Below, piece by piece: positions 14,212 to 27,630 of a stretch of 64,000 nt of DNA. This DNA comes from Balanoglossus misakiensis (taxonomy: Eukaryota > Animalia > Hemichordata): contig CM082590.2 in assembly GCA_040954595.2 (NCBI GenBank), positions 7,006,001 through 7,070,000 on the forward strand, given 5' to 3'. Every line of letters begins with the position of its first letter. Position 1 is the stretch's first letter. The position numbers were made by a program, and so were the translations under genes. The notes beneath the pieces were generated by a model. The model was not told the origin of the DNA and ran no database searches. It was given only the letters and a program-made list of their open reading frames with translations.

Positions 14212-15845
14212 ATTGTACAAGCTTTGCTGTGTAGTTAGGTAAGTGCGCTCTATAATTGTGTGTGTGATGATGTATGACAGTGCATTTCAGTTGTCATTAA
14301 AGAGACAAAGTCTCTCTCTTGCTGCCCTTTTTCCATTAAGTGTGTTTGATACAAGACACCGTTTATGTTATTCTACATGCGGATATATAGTGAATCAACA
14401 TTCAACAACACACAACTTCCATCCCGCTTGTAGGATATGAGAGTAAACTTGGCCAAAGTGAATAAATGGTAGAGAACGTTTATTCATTTTGGTGAGACCC
14501 AGTGTGGGGAGATCCCTAACCCTGGTTGCGTATAAGAGTGCTTCTCCACTGACATGCTAAAACCCTGTGTTTTCATACTTTGCAGGTTTTTTCTGGTTGC
14601 GTGGTGTTTCTTATTACCCCAGATCTGTAACAACAAGTGGTATCTCATCGCTGGATCCGTTCCGATGTCCCTGTGTGTCTACGTCACCAAGACCCAAGAT
14701 GGATTGATACCCTACTTTGATTTCTATTCCTTTGCAAAGTTCCAACACTGAAATTGTTAATTTAATGAATGACTTCTCTATGTAATAAACACGAACTGTT
14801 TTGTTTGATGAAATACGAGTTGTCGAGTGATCTGTGTTGTGTAGTAAGTGGTGTTCTCCCCAGGAATTTCTGATATAGTGGCTTATTTGCGTAACAAGAT
14901 AAATTTTGAGAAGATAATATAACTTAATTAACATAACAATTATTGATAGTTATGCAAATTAGCCGCTGCTCTATCAGAAATTCCTTGGCGCGTGTTTGGA
15001 TAATATAGGGAGAACAAGAAATGGTTGTTGATACACAAAATAGAAATTCTGAAAAATACCCAGAAGTTACAAATAATGCCCTTTTCACTATTTCAAATAC
15101 TTGAAAATCAGATTTAATATTTTTCCATAAAGTGAAACTGACGAAATATTTCAATTAATCTGAAATATGTGAAAATAATTTGCTATAAACCTATGATTTA
15201 CATTCATTGACCCTTTCACCCCTAATTCCCTCTTTAGAGGTCAAACTTGAGCATTTACAACAATGGATTTGGACCAAACCATGGTGGTGATAGGGAAAAA
15301 TATTGTGAATCTCCACAAAATTACAAATCTCTTGGATTGACACCTGTCTAATAGTTATCACCCAAAAGAAACCTTTCTTGGAAAACATTCTTTATACATG
15401 TACATGTACTTGTATAAATTTCAAGCAATTAGACAATTTACTTTTTTTTCTTTCAAACCCCAACTTAGCCATCACCAAAACGTTCAACCACTGCAAAACA
15501 TTTTAGATATTCTTAAAAGGGTTTTACTAATATATTGCCTGTAATGAAATGGAAAATATTCATATCTTGGCTACATATGCAAACTGACATTTTAAAACGA
15601 CTCGAATTTGAAAAATTCAATTTTAACACTATTTTCATATTAGGATATATCTGAATGGCAAATTACAGGGGAATTAACATACATGTAAAACCCAGCCAGG
15701 GAAATTTTTTACAGATCCTGAAATTGACTCAGACTCAGAGCGTTTAACCCTTTCACCCCCAGTTCCCTCTATAGTGGTCCAACCTTACCATAGAAAACAA
15801 CTCGGGTTTGGACTGAACCATAGTGGTGAAAGGGTACGTTTGTTG

Positions 15846-18800
15846 CTACCAAGGCAAGTTTCTTATCGATTCAACAGCCTCGACTACATCGCGTTGGCTA
15901 CTTGGATTGTTCTGTGGCATATCTCCAAACCGCTGACTGGTCCCGTAGCTGGTGTTCGCCATGGGATGTTCAGTGCCGTAGTTCGGATTTGAATTTGCCG
16001 GATGTTGCGGCCGGTACTGTTGTCCTGCGGAATTCTCCCGGTGTTGTGGGTAGTTACGCTGAGTCCAAGACACCTGCTGGGGCCTGAAGACGTCCGGACC
16101 GGCCGGGGTGCCTGAGTTGAGGGCTGGCTGGGCTTGCAGGTTTCCCATGTGGGTCTGGTTCTGGTTGTAGTTATGCTGGACTGTGGTCGGCTGGACGCCC
16201 TCGAGGTGGTTGCGGTTCTGGGCCACTGCGATCAACATCGTCGTCGTCGGGTGTGGCGAGACACTGCTGTGGGTGTGAGTAGGTACTGTGCGTGTCTGTT
16301 GCGGTTCCACTTGCACAAGCTGTATTTGGTTTTTGCTGGCTGGCGTCGCCTGGCTGTGGTTTACTGACGCTGGCTGGCTGTGACTTACAGATGTTACCTG
16401 GTCCTTTACTACAGGTGCCATCTGGCCTCTGTGTACTGGCACCACCTGGTTGTGATTAATTACGGCATTCTGGCTCTCACCTTGAATATGTGTTACTGGC
16501 GAAATTTGCTCCAGGTTTACTGGAATCACCTGGGTAAGATTTATGGGCTGTTCGATTCTGTCACCTTGTTTGACTGGCGATTGTGTTCCCACAATGCTCT
16601 GGGGTCCTCCCACAATGCTCTGGGGTCCACTTCCTGTGTCTGGTGGAACTGTCGTGTCGTTTCCTTCAGTCTCGCGATGGCTTGCTGACTTTTCAATGTT
16701 AGACGGGCTTTCAGCTGTTTTGCTTGATTCTGTTTGATCACCTGGTGTAGAATTATCTGTTGATTCTCCACCCTGCACATCTGTGTTAGTCTGTTCTCGC
16801 GTTTCATTGGCTGCCGGGCTATTTTGTCCACCTGGCTTTGGATTAGTGTCTTTGATCCTGTGCGTCCGCATGTGCACGCGCAGGTTGTCCTGGCGACTGT
16901 ACCGCCTCCCGCACACGCCGCACGAGTACGCCTTCTCGCCCGTGTGAATCAACGCGTGGCGGTGGAGGTGCGACAGCGTGTAGAACGAGGTGCCGCACTC
17001 GGCGCAGGTGAACGTCTTGGAGACCTCACCCCGGTGCCGCTTCTGGTGCTCGGCCAGGTTGGTCCGCGACTTGAACTGGGAGCCGCACGACTCGCACACG
17101 AACATCCTCTCCGTGGTGTGCGTCAACACGTGCTTCTGGAGGTCGTATTTGGTATAGAAAGCTGCCGTGCACTGCGTACATTTGAACGGTCGTTCGTCCA
17201 CGTGTGTCGCCTGATGCCACTTCAGTCCACCCTCCGACACGTACCCTTTCCCGCATTTCTCGCAGTGGAATAATTTCTCTCCCGTGTGAATGGCCACGTG
17301 CGATTCCATGTGCAGGAGCCCGTGCGACGGCTTCCCGCAGATCGGGCAGGTGTAGCGCTTCTTGCCGTGCTGCGACTTCTGGTGCATGCAGAGGCAGGCC
17401 ACCGAAGCGAACTTCTCGGCGCAGTCGCCGCACGCAAAGACCTTCTCTTCGTCCGAGGCGTGCTTTTCTCTATGTATACGAAGCGCTAGTTTCCGCGTGA
17501 AGACCTGACCGCAACTCGAACACTTGAACGGTTCCTTGCCGCCGGGAGTGTGGAACTTCTTGACGTGCCACTCGTACTGGTTGCGCTGCTTGAAGCCCTT
17601 GCCGCAGTCCGTGCACGCGTGCTTGGAATCCTGCGAGTGCGTGGACAGGTGCTCGCGAAGATGGAACGGCGACTTGTAGTTATTCCCGCAGACGTCGCAC
17701 GTGAAGGGCTTCTCGTCGGTGTGCGAGAACGAGTGCCGGTTCAGGTGCCACTTGTCCTTGAACGTCTTGGAGCACGTCTCGCACCGGAAGACCTTCTTCT
17801 CCGGGCGCTGCGTCTTCGCGACTTTTCTACCCGCGCCTCTCGTTTTCCTCGCTCGTTTCACTCTGCGCGGCGCTCTGTACGTTTTCTCGTCGCTGTCCGT
17901 GCCGATATCATCTTCGTCGTATCGCAAGTTCTGTTGAGTTCTCTTCAAACTCGCCTTCCTCTTCTGTGCCCCCTGCAGGTTGGAGGTTTCCTCAGCCGCC
18001 TTTCGCTCCGACTTCCGAACCGGACGTTGTTCTTTCGTCTCCGATCCCTGATCAGTTCCCTCCTCGGGGCTCGCACACCTTTTCTTTAATAAGCTTCTTG
18101 TTACTTTTCTACTAACCTCTACACTTGATTTGCACACATCTGAAGTCTTGTCCTCTCCATTTCCTATGAAAGAACAAACACAAGGTGAGATAATGGAAGA
18201 CTTTATTTGCACTGGTATTTATTTCGTTGAAGACACAATTTTGAATATGATGGAATACTGATTCACTAGAATTTTTTTCGCTGAAAACACAATTTTGGAA
18301 TTTACATTGTGATTTTATATTTCTGCAATTTCTTGTGCAAAGAATGGGAAGTGGGAATTTTCACTGGGATTTTATATTATGTGGACTGAATAGCTTGAAT
18401 TGAATATCCAATGTTTATAATCATCTTGGCCTGATAAAATTACCAGCAAAGACGGCCTGAGTGTTGACTCAGCTCTCAAAGTATATAACATTACACTGCT
18501 TGATACCAGTTCAAATCCTCCATGATCACAGGAGCAGTATTGACATGTGTGTGTGTGCCTTTGCCATGATTGCAGTGCCTGTGTTTCAACAAGACCTCTT
18601 GAGTTTACTTTTTATCAGAGATTAGGCGCATTATAAATTGTCTTTATCATCATTATTATTATTATTATGCCTGGTACTCCCCAGTGTTTCATCTAGACGG
18701 GGGGATAGGGATTCACCCCCAAGGTGGAACCAGTGCCCCTAAAATAATGTCATTCACATGTTGAAGATATTACAGATCCCCCTTACCAGAGTGGAATCCC

Positions 18801-19600
18801 CCTCAAATATTCTGGCAAAGGGGGACATATCCCCCCTCTTGATGGCATCCTGAATGAAACACTGTACTCCAGGTGTTTGTGTATGTCTGTGTGTGTGGGA
18901 GGGGGGGGGGGGTGCATGAAAATGACTATGTATTTTGTGAATAACACTAGATGTACCAGCTACAGTACAATACACCTACCTTCAGGAATATCAGCTGGGA
19001 TCAGTTGGATGTTCTCTTCCTCTTTCAGAATACCTGCGTACTTCTCAATTAAATCTGTAGTCCCATGGTATTCACTACTGCCCTGGTTTTTTACCAGTTC
19101 GATGAAAACACTATAGCCATACCAGGCTGCCATCTCACTGCCCTGGAGATGAATGTAATAATGTTTGTTAACCCTAATGCTACTTTGTGTCATACCTGTT
19201 TGAAGTGTCAGTCAAGACCCTTAAAATATGTATGTGCCATTTTTTTCTTCTTTAACATATTTGACTGTCTTGACATGGCTCTCATACGTACTTTAATAGA
19301 CACATTTGGCAGTCTGAGCCCCCTGTAAAATGTACCAAATCGAACTGGTTTGGTTTGGTTTGAGGGTCTTGTAAGAATACCGTATACTGTACCACGTAAG
19401 TAAAAGACATCACCTACATCTGATTTTAATCAGATTGCTAGACTGCCTACAGTACAGGGTCACACACACCAGTAGGTGAAAAGCTTTATATGTACAATGT
19501 CTTTGACAATGTATGGCTAAATCGCAAGTAATTTAATATCACCTACCTTTTGAAGTAGTGAAGCCTTCAGTTTTGCCTCAGCCATACGTCTTGTTGCCAT
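15846..19600 (-). CDS. C2H2 zinc-finger protein (about 844 aa, 11 fingers, Q/P/T-rich C-terminus) with a MADS-box-like N-terminal segment
   Basis: Coding exons 19600-19547, 19142-18980 and 18163-15846 join in frame. Eleven CxxC-x12-Hx3-4H fingers with TGEK/TDEKPF-type linkers. Probable non-coding first exon near 22065-22160 (gtgaat donor, ETS-like CCGGAA motifs). Confidence 0.9.
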
Positions 19601-20388
19601 GGTGACCGATGACCTGGTGGCTGCTGTGCACTCAAGGAATCGAGAGCGCAAGTCTGACATGTAATGTAAAATGGAACCAGGAGTTTGAAAACAGACATGA
19701 TTGACTGTCAAAAACAACAGATGATTGCAGCCATCTTGGCATGACAAGTGGGTATATTAAAAGTATACAGTCACCTATGCCTGGAAATTTAGCTACAGTT
19801 ACCACATGGTAAACTTGAGATCTAGCCATTCATAGATTTTCAGTGGGTGGCACACATGAAAATAAGGGCGCCACCATGTGTTCTTTAGAACAGTCAAATA
19901 GGCCATTTCAGCCATATATGGGCGTATGTACATTGGAGGTGACTGTATACCTTTAAAGGCTGATTTAGGATTTAGTATGTACAAACATTACGTCCAATAA
20001 AAATAAAAATATTCTGCAAACTTCAAGTGTTTAAATAATGTACTGCCTTGCAATGACCCTAAAATGACTTCATTCAAAAATTGAAACTAAATCACTTTGA
20101 TTTTAAATATAGTTGTAACCCTAACACTAACCTTAACTCCTATGCTAACCTACGCCACCAAAAATAGTAGGGTCAGTCCACGGGTGCGCTCGCCAGGCAG
20201 TTCAATTCAAAAGATCCTGTACTACTTACTACATGTAGGTCAGAGTGACCATGACCCCAGACTGGTGACCGTGTTATCCAGGGACGACGTTGGTTGCTAA
20301 CGACAGTCTGCACAATCAAATTATGCCTGCATATGCGAGGGGCTTGGGGGTAGTAACGTTAACCAGACGATACCTCGGCGAGTACATG

Positions 20389-21620
20389 CAGTGTTGCAGC
20401 CAGGAATTTTATAACAGGGGACACTGTGTCCCCGCACTATTTATTTTTGGGGACATTTTGCATATTTTGGGGACAACATAAACCATGGACATACATGTAT
20501 GTCCATGCATAAACGTACACATACATACACAATGACATACCACATTAAATTGTATAATTTGATGTTTTTAATAAAACACTCAGACTCCTTGGTCTGTGTC
20601 ACAATGACCATATACTTTAACCTGCATTTTGTACAAATTGTACAAATCACGTGTTCACAACAGTCAAGATCTGATCACTATTGTTCTGATAATTAAAGTC
20701 ACTGCCGATTACTGTTTATGCGTCTTTGTTTTACTTTTCTGATTTTGATTACATTCAAGATCTTTTAAATCTGCTTCATTTCTAAATTTAGAGTTCTAAC
20801 CAAAATATCAGAAAGATGAATAATCCCCCCTTTTTATACAAATAAGGATGAAAAACATACTTGTTGTTGACAAGAATTCTGGCTTTATTCCAAATAACCT
20901 GCTCAGCTGGCGGGGTGGAGGAAAAATGACTAATTTAAATTCTTTCAAGTCCTTTATTATTTTAGGAGTAAATTTGAGAAAACTTGTTCCCCATTAAAAA
21001 AAATCAATAGGGTATTTCTAAAAGCTAGGGAATTCATTCCAAGATCAACTGTTGTCTGGCTAGGGGTCCTAAAGCATGTAATAAGAATACTCTCAACTCT
21101 GTCTTTTTGGAGTCTTATCCAAGAAATTAGCAGTTGAATCTACATTAAAAGTTCAGTGGGAGGATTTTCAACAAAACTGAGACTGCTGGTACTCATGGAC
21201 AGAGTTGGTTTCAGAGAAGCAATTGGAGTCACGGTAGTTCACTGCCTGCACAGCTCAGTCCGATATATAGGCGTGATATCGCAATGTATTACTATTACAA
21301 TTCCCAAGAGGGTGGCTGCGCGTACGTAAACTGTATCAAATTCAACAATAAACCACAGTCCCTCGAGGGACTCAAGTTTGCTACAAGTTTGCTATGAAGA
21401 TGTTATCAGTATCGATTACAGGTCGTAAGGTCATAAACTGTGACAAGTGAATCTCTTTGTACGCGTACACCCATCAGTTATCAGGAAACAATGTATGTTA
21501 GCGCCGGCTATTTTTTACACTCAGAGTGCGCCCGTGGTGACCCGCAGTATGCCAGAAAGTGCGCCCGTGGCTTCAGTTTTGGGGACATTGTCGCAAGGGC
21601 GCACGCTGGCTGCAACACTG
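20389..21620. mobile_element. 1.2-kb non-autonomous DNA transposon with 15-bp TIR CAGTGTTGCAGCCAG
   Basis: Perfect 15-bp inverted termini and subterminal TTTTGGGGACA motifs. No intact ORF and no clean TSD seen. Confidence 0.6.
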
Positions 21621-23424
21621 TGTAACATGTATGCCATCTCAGAGTGGCCATTACCCCGGAATGATGTCAACATATCGTTATCCAGGGACGACGCGACGTT
21701 GGTTGCCAACGACAGTCTACATGTATATGCGCGGGGGGGGGGGGGGGCTTCAGGTAGTTACCAGACGATACCTCGCAGTAAGCTATCTCTGAGTCCAAGT
21801 TAGTCTACAACCATGCAAGCAAAAATTGAAGAAAAACAGAGTGCCTCCCAGTTGTAACAGACGCATGCATGAAACGCCCCCTTATTTCTAACATTGCTAA
21901 CAGTAACAGACCGAAAACCACCCGACCCCAAATGTAGGTAACAAAAATGACAACTACAGCAGGGAAAATACTAGAATGTTTACAAGGGCTTACCAGCTAT
22001 AAAAAATGTAACTTTTCCTCATACAAGTCTTCGGTTGAAGTCAACAGCTACAGAAGATATTCACCTCTGGGTCGCCACTTCCGCCGGAAACCCTGTTAAT
22101 GTTGGTCCGGTCATTTGTTTCCTCCAACGGATGGGTTTCATCGCATAGTGGCGTTTCCGGTTGGAGTAATTTATTTTAACTAGCGCTATATTATAGCGGT
22201 AATTGAAAAAATTGATTCAAGTCTGGCTATAAATTCATTTGTCAGCAATAACAGTGTCCATTACCCATGTACAGGCTTTATAGGGAAACTATAGAATAAA
22301 AATTCAATAAAGCTGTCCAGGGTCAAAAAAACAAACTGGAGTTGATAGATGGGAGAAAATTACTGGAAAAAAAGCCAAAGTTAACATAATTGGGGCTTTA
22401 AGTTTATTAGCAATCAGTCGAGGTGTATTGTGTGATTGCGACTGCAGTGATAACTGACCAAAAAACGGTAGCCATGACAACAATCACATATTCTTCGATA
22501 TCAAATGACAACGCTCTCAAGCGCAGTTACGTTAGCATTCAAATTTCCAGCTGACGGGCAACTTCAGCAATGTGGTGCAGACAAAGACTGTGCAGACGAA
22601 ATGCCATGAGGCTTTATGAGGCACCATGCCTGTTACATGTTGCGTGTCTGGCGGTTTTAAAGTATATTAACATACTCGGAAAAAAACTTGGTATAAAATT
22701 GCTTTATTACGTACATAAGCTTATTTATACATCTGCGCTGTCAAACAACCTTTGACATTATAACTACAAGTTAAATTGTAAATTTGGACGGGAAAAAGTT
22801 TGGATATTTGTCATTGTAATATAGTAACAGTGCAAAATCAATGTTAAGAACACAGTTAATCCTTTGTATGAACTAGAAAATAAATGACTATACATGATTG
22901 TGTTTAGTTTTTGCATTTAGATATGTTTGTAATTAAACAGCTCAAATTTTCAAATTCTCTAAAGGGTTTGCATACAAAAACATGAGAGTTGAACGTATTA
23001 ATATACTTGTTGAGTTTCAGAAAAGAATCATTTTATTTTTTAAGTTTCTTAGTACTGTTAAAATTACCATAGTCCATATATAACAAAAACAGGCCGTTTA
23101 AAACTATATGACAACCGACTAATGATTGCAGATAAAATGGCATTCACACGACGACGCTTTGTCCAGCAAAGAAAGGCTTCGTTGATGTACCAGTGATGTT
23201 TCTGAAGGAAAATAACAGGGGTTAATTGATATCAGGATTGTTGAAGATTAAATCTTGGATTATATTAAAACGGAATTGGAGAGCAGTTTTAGTTTAGGTA
23301 TACACATACTATATTTTCCATTTTCTTGTAATATCGCAATCGTATATATAACTTCAAATTCATACATACTCATATAGATAGATGCACACACACAACACAT
23401 ACGGTATATACATACATACATACA

Positions 23425-23456
<32 letters not shown>

Positions 23457-23557
23457 CATACATACATACATACATACATACATACATACATACGCGACAA
23501 TTAAAGGGTTTCATTTTGTATGATAACACTTATAGTTACTTACATTTGTTGATATCT

Positions 23558-24905
23558 CTAATCTACCTTCAAGGCGCCGACAAGCATCATGGTCAGGGTC
23601 AAAGTCACTCCAGCTGTAATTGTACCTATTAAGAAGATAATGGCAAGAAATCAATCAGAAATATTGAATTGTGCTGTGGAAGGTATTATCTATCTCTACA
23701 AAAGAACGGCACTGGGGAAAAAACCAACCGCATTTTTGAATGACATTTCGAAATAGCCCCACATTGTCTCAAATTTGCATTTCAAAATGGCCGCCAACCA
23801 CTGTGTTAAACTCTGAGCTGCAGGGAGAAAAATTAAAGTAGTAGTGATTTTTTTATTTCAGTAAAACTTACCACAGCCATTATCGGAGTTGTCATTTTCA
23901 TCATCAAATACGGTAGTTACATCAGGAACATCTGTATATTCACCTGAAAGGGTTGCAATGATTGTAAAAGTTTAGACGATATGTACAATAGTACAATGCA
24001 GTATTAGTAAACTACAGTACAGTACAGTACACTACACTACGTACAGTACAGAGCAAGTAAAGTATAGCTTGAATTGGTTCTGTTACCTGACCCTTCATCT
24101 GATGATGCGGTCGTTGCTGTTGAGAGAGAGAAAGTTAGAGCGAATGAGAACACAACTTTAACACAATTGTAATGATTTTTAACATAGGGATGTTACAACA
24201 CAACGAGACATGACACGGTATGTACACTAACTCTCGGCTTTCACATTATAGGCCTACCGGTATGCCACTGGCCGAGGCCTTGACTTAGTGCATTTGGGGT
24301 CAGAATGCATCTCAACAAACCAGTCTTAAACTATCTCTACCTCATATAATTCTGCTCAAGTCAACTTTAGATTATCCTACCGTGAAATTGAGTCTAAAAG
24401 TTGGTGGCCGTCGTGCAAAAGTTTGAATGAGAAGGCAGAATTGTCTCAAATTTTAAATTCAAAATGGCCGCCTCGAACAACGCTAGTCTAGCTATTAGTA
24501 GTTCTACAGTCTGTATTTCACTACGCACAAGAAAACACCAACTGAATCAAGGCGATACTCACTTGCTTCCGACTGCGATGCGAGCAGCAACACACAGAGG
24601 GCGAGGAAAAGAATAGCTGTCCTAAATTGGAGAAAAAATTATGAAAAACAGAGATGATTAGAAAACATCTCTCTGTTATCATTTTCTTGGTGAATTTTGT
24701 TTCGTACGAAAAGTTTCTCTATGTGGTTGGACTTCTTGAAGTGAAGATACTAGCCTGACACCAGCAATGATCTCACTGTTACATTAGCCGCAAGCCCTGA
24801 CAAACCCAGCGTGGGTCTCCAAATGATCTTAGATGATATGCGAGGGATTTTAACAGATTGTTGGGGCTAACGAAATAACTAGATGGTGTAGGGTACTTAC
24901 TTCAT
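23558..24905 (-). CDS. Small secreted/GPI-anchored acidic peptide, paralog B (77 aa), micro-exon gene
   Basis: Exons 24905-24901 (ATG AA|gtaagt), 24621-24563, 24116-24087, 23943-23872 and 23625-23558 (TAG), all GT-AG and phase-compatible. Product: MKTAILFLALCVLLLASQSEA-TTTASSDEGSGEYTDVPDVTTVFDDENDNSDNGCG-TITAGVTLTLTMMLVGALKVD. TATATA at 24965-24960; donor 14 nt after the stop; probable 3'-UTR exon from 23201 with AATAAA at 23037-23032. Confidence 0.82.
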
Positions 24906-25265
24906 TGCGAACGTCGACCAGTGGTTGTATTAAGGCGTATTCGTTAAAACTGAGTTCTGTATATAGTGATGCGGCAGTCGATGATAGTCACATGCTTGTT
25001 ACCAACAACAAATATATTGTGTATAAGATCAAGTTCATGCATGACATGTACCATTGAATAAAAAGTTGCCAAAAGAAAAACAGCAGGCATCCTTAAGAGC
25101 AGAATGACAATGGCCTCGACCCCATAAATGTCATGGTGGCCCACTTATTCTAAACGCAGCACTCTTCTTTGTCACTGTGATGTCTCGGGGGTGTTCCATC
25201 GGACACATCCAACGCTACCTAGTCTTATTGACTGGTTCATGGAACTAGAACTTAAGCCATCGAAG

Positions 25266-25459
25266 TTAAAGGTATACGGTCACCCATTGAAAATTAGCTA
25301 TAGTTACCATGGCAAAATGAGATCTAGCCAATCACTGATTTTCAGTGGGTGGCACACGCAAAAAAAAAGAGCGCCACCATATGTTCTTTAGAACGCCCAA
25401 ATACGCCATTTCAGCCATATATGGGCATATGTAAATTGGAGGTGACCGTATACCTTTAA
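25266..25459. mobile_element. About 190-bp MITE family TTAA|AGGTATACGGTCACC...GGTGACCGTATACCT|TTAA (Kolobok-like termini)
   Basis: TIRs plus TTAA flanks. Copies at about 19757-19955, 35016-35208, 37728-37924, 39915-40105 and 46803-46986; degenerate at about 29895-30060. Confidence 0.85.
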
Positions 25460-26389
25460 TGGTTTATCATGTTTTGCGTTTTCTCAGAATCAGCTATGAG
25501 TGCACCCCTTGTTGTGTACGTGAAAAAATACAATGACTGTTGACCGAATCTGCGAGGTTGCTGTTCCAGAAACACAAATTCTGTTTGAATTGTATTTTAT
25601 GAGTTGTTGTAAACTCCGTCAAAAGTCAGAATTTGTACAAAGATATTTTAAATGACAATAGCAGACATGGGTTATAATAGGATTAGAGAAGGTGGCTATC
25701 GAAGATCAAGGATAAATAGAACAATAGAAAAACAAGGGTTCATTTTGCAAAAGAAGCTTTTCATTCAGAACACTTCATTGTTGAAAAATTCATCCAAGGT
25801 CAGAATTTGTACTCAGATATTTTGGATGACAATGGTTGACAGGAGTCTACGTGAAACCATCAAAAGTGCAGATGACGTTTAAACACAGCGGGAACAGGAT
25901 AGGAGATGATGGGGTTTGGTTGTAAACAGTACCACCTGTAGCCTTGACCAAAGTCGAACAATGTAGAATAAATACAGTGCATTAAGTGCAAGCTTGAAGT
26001 TCCAGTTCAGATTGATTACTCTTAATTATGATAAATTCTACACATCAGAAATACATGTTTCAAGAGTACAGGGAAAACAGAAAAAATAGTAAATCTGGCC
26101 TATCTGGTCCGTTTCCTTCCAGAATTACAATTTTCCTGATCAAAATCTCTTCATGGGACATTTTCAAACATTGTCTTTTATGTTGGTTCGTACAACACGT
26201 GAAAGATTGCTGTTTCATTGAACGCACAACCACACGCTTACATAGAGCAGACAGACAGGCAGGTACAGACAGACAGCGAGACAGCCATGGAGACGGACAT
26301 ACAGACAGACAGATAACAGACAGGCAGAGAGAAAAAAAGAATCATGGTTACAAAAACAGATAGGCTGGATCACCCGAATAAGTTAGAAG

Positions 26390-26593
26390 TACTGTAAAAC
26401 ACTTTATTTTCGCGAGTTAAATTTTCGCGATATCGAGAGAGGCCACTGTTTCGCGAGTTTCGCATTCTCTTATTTCATTCACTGCATCGTTATCCTCAAA
26501 AACAATTTACGCGAATTTTTATTTTCACGCTATTTTGGCTCTAGCATATTTGGCGAAAATTAATTGCTCACGAAAATAAAGTGTTTTACAGTA
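26390..26593. mobile_element. About 205-bp MITE family TA|CTGTAAAACAC...GTGTTTTACAG|TA (Tc1/mariner-like TA target)
   Basis: TIRs with TA flanks and internal TTTTCGCG repeats. Near-identical copies at about 30167-30372, 35609-35821, 39042-39254, 45595-45808 and 55946-56157. Confidence 0.85.
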
Positions 26594-27630
26594 ATTAAAC
26601 ATGCACACACTTTTCAGTTTCTTTTCCTTTCATAGACAGACAGACAGACAGACACACAGACAGGCTGGACCATGCAAATAACATAAAACAAGAAAACCAC
26701 ACATCTGTTTCAGTTTCATTCATATTTAATGTACAACTATGCAACTGTAAAGTTAACACGTCTTCCGTACAAGCGAAAACAACACCGACAACTAAAGAAG
26801 TCGGTAATTTTTCGCTGAACGTTACAATTTCGAGATTGAACTAACGTGTACTTTTAACAGCATGGTGCGAGTCTGTTTGCAAATGTTTTCCAACACTGAG
26901 TACCTCGCACAGGGTATCCGCAATTGCACAGACTATCGCCGCTTGTGTCGACATGCATTCGTCAAATTTACAGTCGGTATTAAAGCGTCGGCATCTCGAT
27001 TTCAGGACGCCACAGTTTCAACTTTCAGTAAAACCCGAGCCTATACATCCAACCATGCTGAATCTCAGGTGCAGAGTCATACGACAAAATGGCTTCCAAA
27101 AAACCGGAATAAACCGGTTCCCCCACTTGACGTCATCCATAGCACCGTCATAAATTCAAAATGGCTTTCATGTAAACTTCGTGTAAATGTGCTGCGCATG
27201 CGTAAGTGGCGTAGGATACCCGTTTTGATCTAGCTCCTAGAAAAATTACACTGGAGCAGCAAAGGAGGGCGTGTACTAAAAAAACTGTCCTGAAAATGTC
27301 TGAAAATATTCGCTTCCAAATATGATGAATTGTCTATATTGACTGGAGTCAATACACCCTGCCACCCCTGTTTGTTTGTAAATGAGTCCAACCCATCCTC
27401 TGCGAACAGATAAATGGGTCGATGATGACCAGTTGATCTGCTTGGACACGTGTACGATGGAAGCGCCCTCAATCGCCGCAACAGAGCACTGGCGAGAAAG
27501 AGAGACAAAAGAAACATTTAGTTACAATTGTTGTTTTCTGTGCACTTTTTGTGTTGGGTTTCCTGGAATGGGGACATACACATAAACACATACATAGATA
27601 CACACATAGATACATACATAGATAGATACA

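Noticed and set aside
14500-14557. Hairpin followed by ACA, like an H/ACA snoRNA 3' half
   Set aside because: No 5' hairpin or H box; the 5' arm resembles a repeat end seen at about 44786.
16824-18089. Long overlapping and antisense ORFs within the zinc-finger exon (similarly within the KIF23 exon 8470-8854, the TRIM, NLR and HEPN genes)
   Set aside because: Expected shadows of GC-rich codon usage; no recognisable domains.
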